Of a DNA stretch of 64,000 nucleotides, positions 56,270 to 64,000 are shown piece by piece. The notes under the pieces are model-generated. The model did no database searches. It was not told the origin of the DNA and worked only from the letters and a program-made list of their open reading frames with translations. Location: assembly GCA_965215185.1 (NCBI GenBank), contig OZ244034.1, positions 128,001-192,000 of the forward strand, in the 5' to 3' direction. How positions within the stretch are numbered: the stretch's first letter is position 1; each line of letters opens with the position of its first letter. Position numbers and translations under genes: made by a program. This DNA comes from Acidimicrobiia bacterium. GTDB lineage: Bacteria; Actinomycetota; Acidimicrobiia; Spongiisociales; ZC4RG35.

Positions 56270-57090
56270 TCACGCTCGGGAGGTACCCCCCTTGGGTGAG
56301 TAGCCCAAGGCCGACGGCCCCTGCCACGGTCGGGGCCGTTTCGAATGGCGTTCGCGTAACTCAAGGATCGGAACCTCCCATGATTCGACCTGGAGGCGGT
56401 CACGGTACTTGGGGTCACCGCTGTCGTCCTCGGTGCGGCACACCATTCCCAGGACCCGGACTGCATCGATCTGCTCAAGGCGAGTGGCGGCCATCGCCTA
56501 GCGGCTTCTTCAGAAAGGAGCGCTACCGGAGCATGCTGCTCGTCCAACACCCATACCCCGACCGTTGTAGCCGCATTCCAAGTCGACCTTATCCCCTTCC
56601 TGCAACCTGGCTAAAGAGGAGTGGATTCGATGACGTTCCTTCTTCTGCCCGGCGGAATCTATGAACAGGTCTGTCATTCCCAGCACCCTATATCCGAGAT
56701 TGACGGGTTGAGCAGACTCGCCCCTAGCTACCGCTGCCTTTCGATTGAGGGTCGAATTTCGGATCTCCGCAAAGTAGGGATTGGGGTTATTAAGGGAGTC
56801 GATCAGGGCGAGCGTGTGACGGGCGCGGGTCATGGCAACGTAATAAAGCTGCCCTTCTTCCTCGGCGGAATCATGACCCGCACGACGGGTTTTCCTTAGG
56901 CCTTCCACCACCAACACGTGATCGAATTTCAATCCCTTCGCGGTATGGATCGTGCTCACCAGAACCCCATCGCCGATGAGACGGTGCGCGGAGCAATTCG
57001 CCTGGAGAGACCACGATCTCCTCCACATCGCGGCGGCGCGCCCGGCGGATTGCCCTGAGGATCTGTGCTATATCCCGTTTGGTCAACTGG
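56270..57090 (-). pseudogene. Fragmented helicase relic (UvrD-like C-terminal motifs, probably from a large RecQ-UvrD fusion)
   Basis: STIHTAKGLKFDHV and EEEGQLYYVAMTRAR (SF1 motifs V/VI). Coding sense continues across several frames. Confidence 0.7.
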
Positions 57091-57292
57091 CCCGATCCGG
57101 GGGGTTGGACGGTCTATGTTCATCATTTGCCCCGGTTCTGGCCCCGTGCCCGGGGTACGCCTCGCGGGCAGTGGGTGGAGTGGCCGCTGCCGGATGGGGT
57201 GCTTGATTTGGAGACAGCTTCTGGGGGTTAGCTGCGTCGGGCGGGCGGGGGCTGCATGAGGGGGTTTGTGATCAGCGGTTGAACGGTTGGTG

Positions 57293-57423
57293 GGTGTAAC
57301 AGGTGTGGGGTTCGGGGTTTGGTGTAACAGGTGGTGGTGGAGGTTTGGATCAGCGCGTGTAGGGTTTTGTTCTTCCGCCAGCCGGGTGGGTGTGTTACGT
57401 GTTACACACCTGTTACGGTTACA
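57293..57423. repeat. Iteron-like direct and inverted repeats
   Basis: GGTGTAACAGGTG at 57293-57305 and 57321-57333. Inverted CACCTGTTAC at 57407-57416. GTTAC at 57394, 57401, 57412 and 57418. Confidence 0.7.
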
Positions 57424-57856
57424 GCGGGCGTAGTTTGATTCCTCGGCGTATCCGGGTGACTTTGCCGCCTATTCGGGCGGTTTCTGACGGTCCCCATTTG
57501 TTGGTGATGAGCTGTTGAAGTACCCGCTGGGGAACAGGTTGGGTGTTGTTTTTTTGGCACCATCTGCTGTGAGAGGTGGTGAGAGCAGCGGTGGCTGTGA
57601 TGGTGTCCGGCGTGGCCTCCATAACGCAGTCGTTCACCCACGCGGTGAACTGCTCGGTGGGGGTGGTGGGCTGCGGTCGGGCATGTTTTTGAGGGTTGCT
57701 GCCATTGATGGACGGCGGGTTGGGCTGGTTGTTGATAATGTTTTTGTGTTGACGTTCGATCATTTTGTCGGTGGTTTTTGGTTGTCCGGTTTGGAGCCAG
57801 TGCGCGATCTTTTTGGGGAGGGTGTCGTAGTGGTCAAGTCTCTGTTCGACGGACAC
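57419..57856 (-). pseudogene. C-terminal winged-helix domain of a P4/D5-type primase-helicase (truncated)
   Basis: FTAWVNDC...WCQKNN.QP.....L...RIRRGIKLR matches the usual terminus of this family. No ATPase domain is present. Confidence 0.55.
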
Positions 57857-57906
57857 CAGTCCGGCAAACCGGGGAAACCTCAGTTACTTGTTGAACAGAG
57901 CTTTCT

Positions 57907-58620
57907 CTAGTTGTAGAACTGAGGCAAGCCTCCCGCCGTTGCAAAGCCTCCGTCGGCTATCAGGGTGGCGCCGGTTACGTGGGCGAAGTCGTCGGAGCAG
58001 TAGGCGAGGATCAGACGGGCCAGTTCTTCGGGTCTGAATAAGCGACCTAGGGGAGTCATGGCCAAAATGGCCTTTTCCCGATCCGAGCCTGGTTTCATGT
58101 TCTGGCGCACGATGGGGGTGTTCACTACTCCCGGGCTCACTGCCACCACCCGGATCTGGTGGGCGGCCCACTCCAGGGCCAGCACCTCGGTGAGCGCCTC
58201 CACTCCCGCTTTGGCTGCACAGTAGTTGGCGTGGAGGGCGCAGGCCCGTTGGGCGGCCAATGAGGCGATGTTCAACACCACCGCTCCCCGGGCTTGGCAG
58301 AGGTTGGGATAGAACGCCTGTGAGGTCATGAAGGTTCCTGTCAGACACACGTCCAACACGCTTTGCCATTGGTGGGGGGTCATCTCGGCCGCCGGAGCGC
58401 GATCTCCAAAACCAGCCCCGTTGATCAATAGTTTCACCGGGCCGGTTTCCGCGGCAACCTTGCCCAAAGCATCCCGGTCGCGCACATCCTCCATGTGCCA
58501 CGAGACATGTTCGAGGTCCGCCGGCGGGTCGATCACGTCGATCCCGGTTATGGTCCACCCACGCTCGGAGAGCAGGCGGACGCATGCCGACCCGATCGCG
58601 CCCGAAGCGCCGGTGACCAC
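57907..58620 (-). CDS. Short-chain dehydrogenase/reductase (5' end possibly disrupted)
   Basis: TGASGAIG, INGAG and YCAAK. An upstream in-frame ATG at 58662 is cut off by TGA at 58645-58647. Confidence 0.75.
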   Translation of the reverse strand: MVTGASGAIGSACVRLLSERGWTITGIDVIDPPADLEHVSWHMEDVRDRDALGKVAAETGPVKLLINGAGFGDRAPAAEMTPHQWQSVLDVCLTGTFMTSQAFYPNLCQARGAVVLNIASLAAQRACALHANYCAAKAGVEALTEVLALEWAAHQIRVVAVSPGVVNTPIVRQNMKPGSDREKAILAMTPLGRLFRPEELARLILAYCSDDFAHVTGATLIADGGFATAGGLPQFYN

Positions 58621-58684
58621 TGCATGTGAAGGTGTCTCGATGAATCAGAGAGTAGTTGCCATCCGGTCTGACACAGCCTTCGAG

Positions 58685-59599
58685 TCACTCGGTAGGCACA
58701 ATCTCAGAGATGTCACATCCGTGGATACTCTGCAGCAGGTTGAGGAAGGCCAGGAGAGGGGGACTGTAATGCTGAGCGCGGCGAACCAGCACGTGAGTTG
58801 GCAGGTGAACCCGATGCTCGCCCAGCAACTCTATGACCCGGATCGATCCCCGCTTGACTTCACCGAGAATGGCGCTTCGGGGTAGGAAGGATATGCCCAG
58901 ACCCAAGGCGACCATGCGTTTGGTGGCTTCGATGTTGTCGAGCATCGTCTCGATCTGGGGGACGATTCCTGCTTGGCGGCAGGCCTGGTTGATAAGCAAG
59001 AAATATGTGGAAGTGGGGTCATAGAGTATGAGGGGTTCTTTGGCCACTTCGGTTATGAGTGCCTGTCCTCGCCTGGCGAAGGGGTGGTCAGCAGAGGTGA
59101 CGAGAACGATCTCCTCGTCGTAAAGATGTATGGAGAAAACCTCCGGGTGGTACAGACCTCTCGACAGGCCCAAGTCGACCACGCCGCTGGCAACCATCTC
59201 AATCACATCGGAGGAGCGGCCGGTGCGGATGCGGGTTGAGACGCTGGGAAACTGGCGGTGGTAGCGCCCGAGGAGCGGGGGGAGGATGTAGGTGCCAATG
59301 ACCCGCGCCGACCCGATCGTGATCGTGAGTTTTCGGGTTTCCTGGGAACTTTTCACCGCTTCTTTTCCCAAGTCGAGGGTGTGGAGGGCTTGCTCGACGA
59401 AGGGCAAGAATGCCTCCCCGGCTTCGGTGAGCCGCACTCCACGTCCCATGCGATGAAAAAGCGGTGTGCGAAGTTCCCGCTCCAGTGATCTGATCCGACC
59501 GCTCAGCGAGGGTTGACTGAGATACAAAGCCCTGGCCGCGCCACGAAAGCTGCCGGCTTTGGCTGCTTCCAATAACGATTGCAGTTGCGAAAGTTCCAT
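58685..59599 (-). CDS. LysR-family transcriptional regulator
   Basis: GSFRGAARALYLSQPSLS..I..LE...LF.R...LTEAG HTH and GLGISFLP. Start trimmed to MELSQL. Confidence 0.95.
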   Translation of the reverse strand: MELSQLQSLLEAAKAGSFRGAARALYLSQPSLSGRIRSLERELRTPLFHRMGRGVRLTEAGEAFLPFVEQALHTLDLGKEAVKSSQETRKLTITIGSARVIGTYILPPLLGRYHRQFPSVSTRIRTGRSSDVIEMVASGVVDLGLSRGLYHPEVFSIHLYDEEIVLVTSADHPFARRGQALITEVAKEPLILYDPTSTYFLLINQACRQAGIVPQIETMLDNIEATKRMVALGLGISFLPRSAILGEVKRGSIRVIELLGEHRVHLPTHVLVRRAQHYSPPLLAFLNLLQSIHGCDISEIVPTE

Positions 59600-59620
59600 A
59601 TCGATCCGCCCAGTGGAAAT

Positions 59621-59671
59621 ATAGGCATAGCCTATCACTGCGATATGGAATTAGGGTCTTATCCTATCACT
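59621..59671. promoter_or_regulatory. Putative LysR operator between lysR and aceA
   Basis: Dyad ATAGG-N5-CCTAT (T-N11-A) at 59621-59635. CCTATCACT is repeated at 59631 and 59663. Confidence 0.6.
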
Positions 59672-59791
59672 CGGACAGTTGCATACTTTGCCCAACCGTC
59701 CTGACCGTCGCTTTTAGAACTTGACCTCGAAGGGCCGGTCGGTGCGGCGATTCCACGAAAACAGTACAACCCCTACCGCCAAAGGAGGACG

Positions 59792-61093
59792 ATGATCATG
59801 TCGAATAATGGCCACAACGGGTTTGCTGGGAAAGTAGCGGAACTCCGAGTCCGCTGGGACCACGAGGCTCGGTGGCAGGGAATCGAGCGCAATTATTCCC
59901 CCGAAGATGTGATGTCCCTGCGGGGCAGTCTCAACATCGAGCACAGCCTTGCCCGGGCAGGAGCGCAGCGACTGTGGAGCTTGCTCCACACCGAGCCAAT
60001 GGTCCGTACGTTCGGAGCCTTGACCGGCGCTCAGGCGGTCCAGATGGTGAAAGCGGGGCTGAAGGCCATCTATCTGAGCGGTTGGCAAGTGGCCGCCGAC
60101 GCCAATCAGGCGGGTCAGACCTATCCAGACCAGAGTCTGTATCCCTCCGACAGTGCGCCGCGCTTGATCAAGCGGATCAACAACGCTTTGATACGAGCCG
60201 ATCAGATCGCCTATAACAACGGGGAGTCCAACACTGAATGGTTCGCGCCGATTGTTGCCGACGCCGAGGCCGGTTTCGGCGGTCCGATCCATGCTTTCGA
60301 GCTGATGAAAGCCATGATCGAAGCGGGCGCGGCAGGCGTGCACTTCGAGGATCAACTCGCCTCCGAGAAAAAGTGTGGCCACATGGGCGGCAAGGTCTTG
60401 GTGCCGACCTCCCAGTTTCTCCGCACCCTGAACGCCGCGCGGCTCGCCGCCGATGTCTTGGATGTGCCAACCGTGCTGATGGCCCGGACCGACGCTCGCG
60501 ACGCGACGCTGTTGATGAGTGACGTGGACCACCGTGATCGCCGGTTCATCACCGGCGATCGGACCGCCGAGGGTTACCACATGGTGCGGGGCGGGATGGA
60601 GGCCGCCACGGCCCGCGCTTTGGCCTACGCTCCATACGCCGACATCCTGTGGTGTGAGACCTCCGAGCCGGACCTTGAGGAGGCGGCGCTATTCGCCGAA
60701 GAGATACATGCCCGGTACCCCGGCAAACTCCTTGCCTACAACTGCTCGCCGTCCTTCAACTGGAGACAACATCTCACCGAAACCCAGATTGCTCGGTTCC
60801 AAGACGAACTGGCCAGGTTGGGATACCGATTCCAGTTCATCACGCTCGCGGGATGGCATCTGCTCAACTACCACACTTTCGACCTCGCCAGGGCCTACAG
60901 CACCTGGGGAATGTCCGCCTATGGCGGTCTGCAAAACCGCGAATTCACTGCCGAGGCCAATGGCTACACGGCCACCAAACACCAGGCAGAAGTCGGAGCG
61001 GGCTATTTTGACCGGGTAATGCAGGTTGTTACAGGTGGCCAGGCGTCCACCCTGGCGTTGGCGGGATCCACCGAAGAGATGCAGTTCAACTGA
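59792..61093 (+). CDS. aceA: Isocitrate lyase
   Basis: [47 protein letters not shown] and STEEMQF. Confidence 0.97.
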   Translation: MIMSNNGHNGFAGKVAELRVRWDHEARWQGIERNYSPEDVMSLRGSLNIEHSLARAGAQRLWSLLHTEPMVRTFGALTGAQAVQMVKAGLKAIYLSGWQVAADANQAGQTYPDQSLYPSDSAPRLIKRINNALIRADQIAYNNGESNTEWFAPIVADAEAGFGGPIHAFELMKAMIEAGAAGVHFEDQLASEKKCGHMGGKVLVPTSQFLRTLNAARLAADVLDVPTVLMARTDARDATLLMSDVDHRDRRFITGDRTAEGYHMVRGGMEAATARALAYAPYADILWCETSEPDLEEAALFAEEIHARYPGKLLAYNCSPSFNWRQHLTETQIARFQDELARLGYRFQFITLAGWHLLNYHTFDLARAYSTWGMSAYGGLQNREFTAEANGYTATKHQAEVGAGYFDRVMQVVTGGQASTLALAGSTEEMQFN

Positions 61094-61157
61094 CCCGGGA
61101 GCTTCCCCTGTCCGGTTGACGGGTTTCAACCGGGTCTATATCCCAGGCGGCGCTGAT

Positions 61158-61985
61158 CTACGCCGGATCGGCGCCGTCCTGGGAAAGGCTGCGCAAATAA
61201 TTTGCCCGGCCTCGTTCTCCGATGCGAATGAAGAAGGGTAGAAGCCGGGGGATCAAACCGGGTGTCCACAGGGCAGCCCGGGCGGAGAGGCTTTCATGAT
61301 AAGGGATGTAAATCTCAAGTTTCGGCTTGTCGAGAGCGCGCTCGTAGGCGTCCGCCACTTCGTGGACCGTGAGAACACGGCTGAGGAAGTTGAGGGCGCT
61401 TCCTAACCGGGCCTCCCCCTCCAGCATCGGTGTGTTCACGGCGGTGGGGTAGATGCCGCTGACGTGCACACCGGTACCCGCCACCTCACAGTTGAGGGCA
61501 GCCAGGAATGCACGCAGCCCTGCCTTGGCCGCGGAATACGAGGCCGAGCCCGGCAGCGGACAGATCCCTCCCAGGGAGACGGTAGCCATAACGTGGCCGC
61601 GGTCGCGGGGCAGGAAGACACCCAAAGCGGCATTGATGAGATGCATGGAACTGCGCAAGATCACATCGAGTTGAAGATCGATCTCCTCAGGTGTGTGATC
61701 TGCCACGTCGGCCGGGACAGTAACCCCAGCATTGCAGACCAGAACTTCCAGGTCTTTTTGCCACTCGGTGGCGATGCGTTGGCACAGGCTCCGGGTTTCC
61801 GCGGCAACGGAAAGATCGCAAGCCACCGGAATCGACTCGCCGCCCAGGGCAGTTGCTGCTTGATCGGCTAATTCCTCGGTGCGATCCACCGCTATTACTC
61901 GATAGCCACGGCTGTTGAAACGCTTTGCGACCTCGGCGCCGATGCCCGAAGCGGCGCCGGTGACGATTGCCAAGCTCTGGGTCAT
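61158..61985 (-). CDS. Short-chain dehydrogenase/reductase
   Basis: TGAASGIG, CNAG and YSAAK. Confidence 0.9.
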   Translation of the reverse strand: MTQSLAIVTGAASGIGAEVAKRFNSRGYRVIAVDRTEELADQAATALGGESIPVACDLSVAAETRSLCQRIATEWQKDLEVLVCNAGVTVPADVADHTPEEIDLQLDVILRSSMHLINAALGVFLPRDRGHVMATVSLGGICPLPGSASYSAAKAGLRAFLAALNCEVAGTGVHVSGIYPTAVNTPMLEGEARLGSALNFLSRVLTVHEVADAYERALDKPKLEIYIPYHESLSARAALWTPGLIPRLLPFFIRIGERGRANYLRSLSQDGADPA

Positions 61986-62062
61986 TGTTGTTCTCCCATC
62001 CGGCCGATATCTGTGATGTGAGGGGCGCCAACCAGAGAGGGTCGGCGAGAACGGAGCATACG

Positions 62063-63379
62063 CTACCGGTCCTCGCCATCCTCCGGAAGGCCGATCTTGG
62101 CTTTCACCTTGCTCAGGATCTTGAGGTAGGTGTCCAATTCGACATAGTTGGAGTGCCGGTCCGAGCCGATGTAACGATGTCCGCCTTTGAGATCCGGGAA
62201 ATGATTCGTTTTCAGATCCTGGAACCCTTCGGCAGTGGAGGATTCCGGGGCCGCGGTGGCGTCGGCCACGATGAGTTCGGCCATCGCGTCGAAAGTGGGA
62301 TAGGCGGCGGCTGCAAACTCGAGAAACCCCAGAACCGCCAGGTTCGGGCAGTTGCGGGCAAACATGCCCAAATAGAGATCGGGTCGACCCTCCTTGGTCT
62401 GCAGCACGCCGTCATCGAGAAACGGGCTGACCTGCTGATAACCCGTAGCGGTGATCACCAGATCGATCTGCTCTCGGGTGCCGTCTGCGAAGACGACCGC
62501 GTCGCCGTCGAAGCGATCAATGTCGGGTCTTGCAATACAGTCGCCATGGCTGAGGTAATGAAGGATCTGGGTGTTCATCAGCGGGTGCGACTCGAAGATC
62601 CGGTGGTCGGGTTTAGGAAGCCCGTAGCGGCGGAGATCGCCGGTGAGAAGGCGCAAGATCGCCGTGAAGATCGGGACCTCGAGCCAGTGGGGGAGCTTGG
62701 GGCCCTGGGAAGCAAACACGTCGGCAGCCTTTCCGAAGACGTGCTTGGGAATGAGGTGATAACCGCGGCGCAGGCTCCAGAAAGCCTGATCGGCGCGAGC
62801 GGAAGCGTCGCAGGCGATGTCGGCGCCGGAGTTGCCGCCGCCCACCACCAGCACCCGCTTGCCTTCGAACTCCTTGGCTGACCGGTAGGTGACTGCGTGC
62901 CTTATCTCGCCACGAAACTCTCCCGGCCAGGTCACGATGTTGGGCACCCACGTCACTCCGTTGGCGCAGATCAGGTAGCGACATCTGCGAGTGCCGCCAT
63001 CACCGAGGCGCAGTTCCCACAACCCACCGGGGATCGGAACCGCTTTCTTTACCGGCGTTTCGAAGCGGATGTGGCGGCGAAGATCGAACCGATCCGCAAA
63101 AGCGCCGATGTAACTGCGCACTTGGCGGTAATTCGGGTAGTCCGGATAGTCCTCGGGCATCGGGAAGCCCGGAATGCCGGACAGCGTCCGCGATGAAATG
63201 AAATGAGCGGACTCGTACATCGGCGAACCCGGTGCATCGATATTCCAGACTCCGCCCACGTCGCTTTGGCGCTCGAAGAGCTCGAAGGTCGCCTCCGTTC
63301 GGGCCAAGCAGCGGGCCAGGAGCAGGCCTGCCGGGCCGGCGCCCACGACTGCCACATCAAGGATTGTCGGGTTCTTCAT
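62063..63379 (-). CDS. Flavin-containing monooxygenase (FMO family)
   Basis: GAGPAG, GGVW, FMO motif FRGEIRHAVTY, GGGNSG and ATGY. Confidence 0.9.
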   Translation of the reverse strand: MKNPTILDVAVVGAGPAGLLLARCLARTEATFELFERQSDVGGVWNIDAPGSPMYESAHFISSRTLSGIPGFPMPEDYPDYPNYRQVRSYIGAFADRFDLRRHIRFETPVKKAVPIPGGLWELRLGDGGTRRCRYLICANGVTWVPNIVTWPGEFRGEIRHAVTYRSAKEFEGKRVLVVGGGNSGADIACDASARADQAFWSLRRGYHLIPKHVFGKAADVFASQGPKLPHWLEVPIFTAILRLLTGDLRRYGLPKPDHRIFESHPLMNTQILHYLSHGDCIARPDIDRFDGDAVVFADGTREQIDLVITATGYQQVSPFLDDGVLQTKEGRPDLYLGMFARNCPNLAVLGFLEFAAAAYPTFDAMAELIVADATAAPESSTAEGFQDLKTNHFPDLKGGHRYIGSDRHSNYVELDTYLKILSKVKAKIGLPEDGEDR

Positions 63380-63597
63380 AGCCAGAGCCCGGGCCGAAAG
63401 TTTGCGGCGACCGTATTCAGTCTTGGATCGGAGACGCTCATCTCACTAAGTGTCGACTCCTGAAAAGCAAAGGCCAAATTCTGGCATGGGGCGCTGTGAT
63501 GCTGTGCTCGAAAGATTGGCGCCTGCCTCCTTTCCGAAGCTATCGGGAGTGATGTGGTCGGCTACTAGTCTTGCCCGAATGAACGAGGAGCCAGCAG

Positions 63598-64000
63598 TTG
63601 CCAGACGTGATTGACCACAACTACGTAAGCCGTGTCGAGAAGGTGGTCCGCGAGGGAGATTTCTTTGGGAAAGCCGCCCGAAACGACCGGGAATCACGGT
63701 ACCCGATCGAAAACATGGAGGCGCTGAAGTCGGTAGGGGTGCCTTCCATGGCCATCCATCCCCAGTTCGGCGGACCCGGACATAACATTGCCACTCGCAC
63801 CAAGGTGGCGGAAACGATCGCCTACGGCGACCCGGTTTCGGCCGCCTGCACCAACATGCACTGGTCGGCGCTCGATCTGATCGGCCCCTATGCCTTTGGG
63901 GACAAGAACATGGCGGCTTTGCTCAGGGACTGTGCTGAGAACCAGTCCATGTTCTGCGGCGCCGCTTCGGCGCCGTCGGACGAGTTGGATGTGACCAAGG
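63598..64000 (+). CDS. Acyl-CoA dehydrogenase family protein (N-terminal part, runs off the window)
   Basis: Not in the ORF track. TTG start after GAGGAG gives AARNDRESRYPIENMEALK...IHPQFGG...IAYGDP..A...NMH. Confidence 0.8.
   Translation, partial: MPDVIDHNYVSRVEKVVREGDFFGKAARNDRESRYPIENMEALKSVGVPSMAIHPQFGGPGHNIATRTKVAETIAYGDPVSAACTNMHWSALDLIGPYAFGDKNMAALLRDCAENQSMFCGAASAPSDELDVTK

Larger units (their letters stand above)
57090..57860. mobile_element. Remnant of a phage/plasmid-like integrative element
   Basis: Abrupt G+T skew on the plus strand, a primase-like C-terminal ORF and GTAAC/GTTAC repeats. Confidence 0.55.

Noticed and set aside
57293-57423. CRISPR array
   Set aside because: Repeats are only 5-13 nt, mixed in orientation and irregularly spaced, and there are no cas genes.

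Overview
High-GC bacterial DNA, most likely an actinobacterium of the Acidimicrobiia type. This is inferred from lipoproteins with a LxxxACG box followed by Thr/Ala/Pro-rich linkers, many LLM-class (probably F420) oxidoreductases and TAGGCT-type -10 boxes. The window is almost entirely catabolic, about 55 genes, with no rRNA, tRNA or CRISPR array seen and only one transcription factor. In order: (1) an ABC-2 exporter operon, a PTER-like phosphotriesterase divergent from a Ser/Cys-type proline racemase homologue, and amtB; (2) a divergent locus joining a DUF917 thiohydantoin-desulfurase-family gene, a three-subunit molybdenum hydroxylase, a HyuA-like hydantoinase/oxoprolinase, a Dpp-type ABC importer, an LLM enzyme and two tandem SnoaL proteins; (3) a 16-gene, translationally coupled minus-strand operon (NitT/TauT importer, 2 LLMs, 4 amidohydrolase-superfamily enzymes, lactonase, CoA ligase, crotonase, SDR, cupin, beta-aminotransferase-like enzyme); (4) dihydropyrimidinase and ureidopropionase genes divergent from coxDE and a non-CODH coxMSL-type Mo hydroxylase, followed by a partly decayed duplicate; (5) a small scar of mobile DNA (helicase relic, primase C-terminus with iteron-like repeats); (6) LysR-aceA, an SDR, an FMO and the start of an acyl-CoA dehydrogenase. 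The best candidates for undescribed biology are the Mo-hydroxylase-linked pathways for cyclic-amide/N-heterocycle breakdown. Family calls come from motif recognition only; no database search was run and all substrates are inferred.
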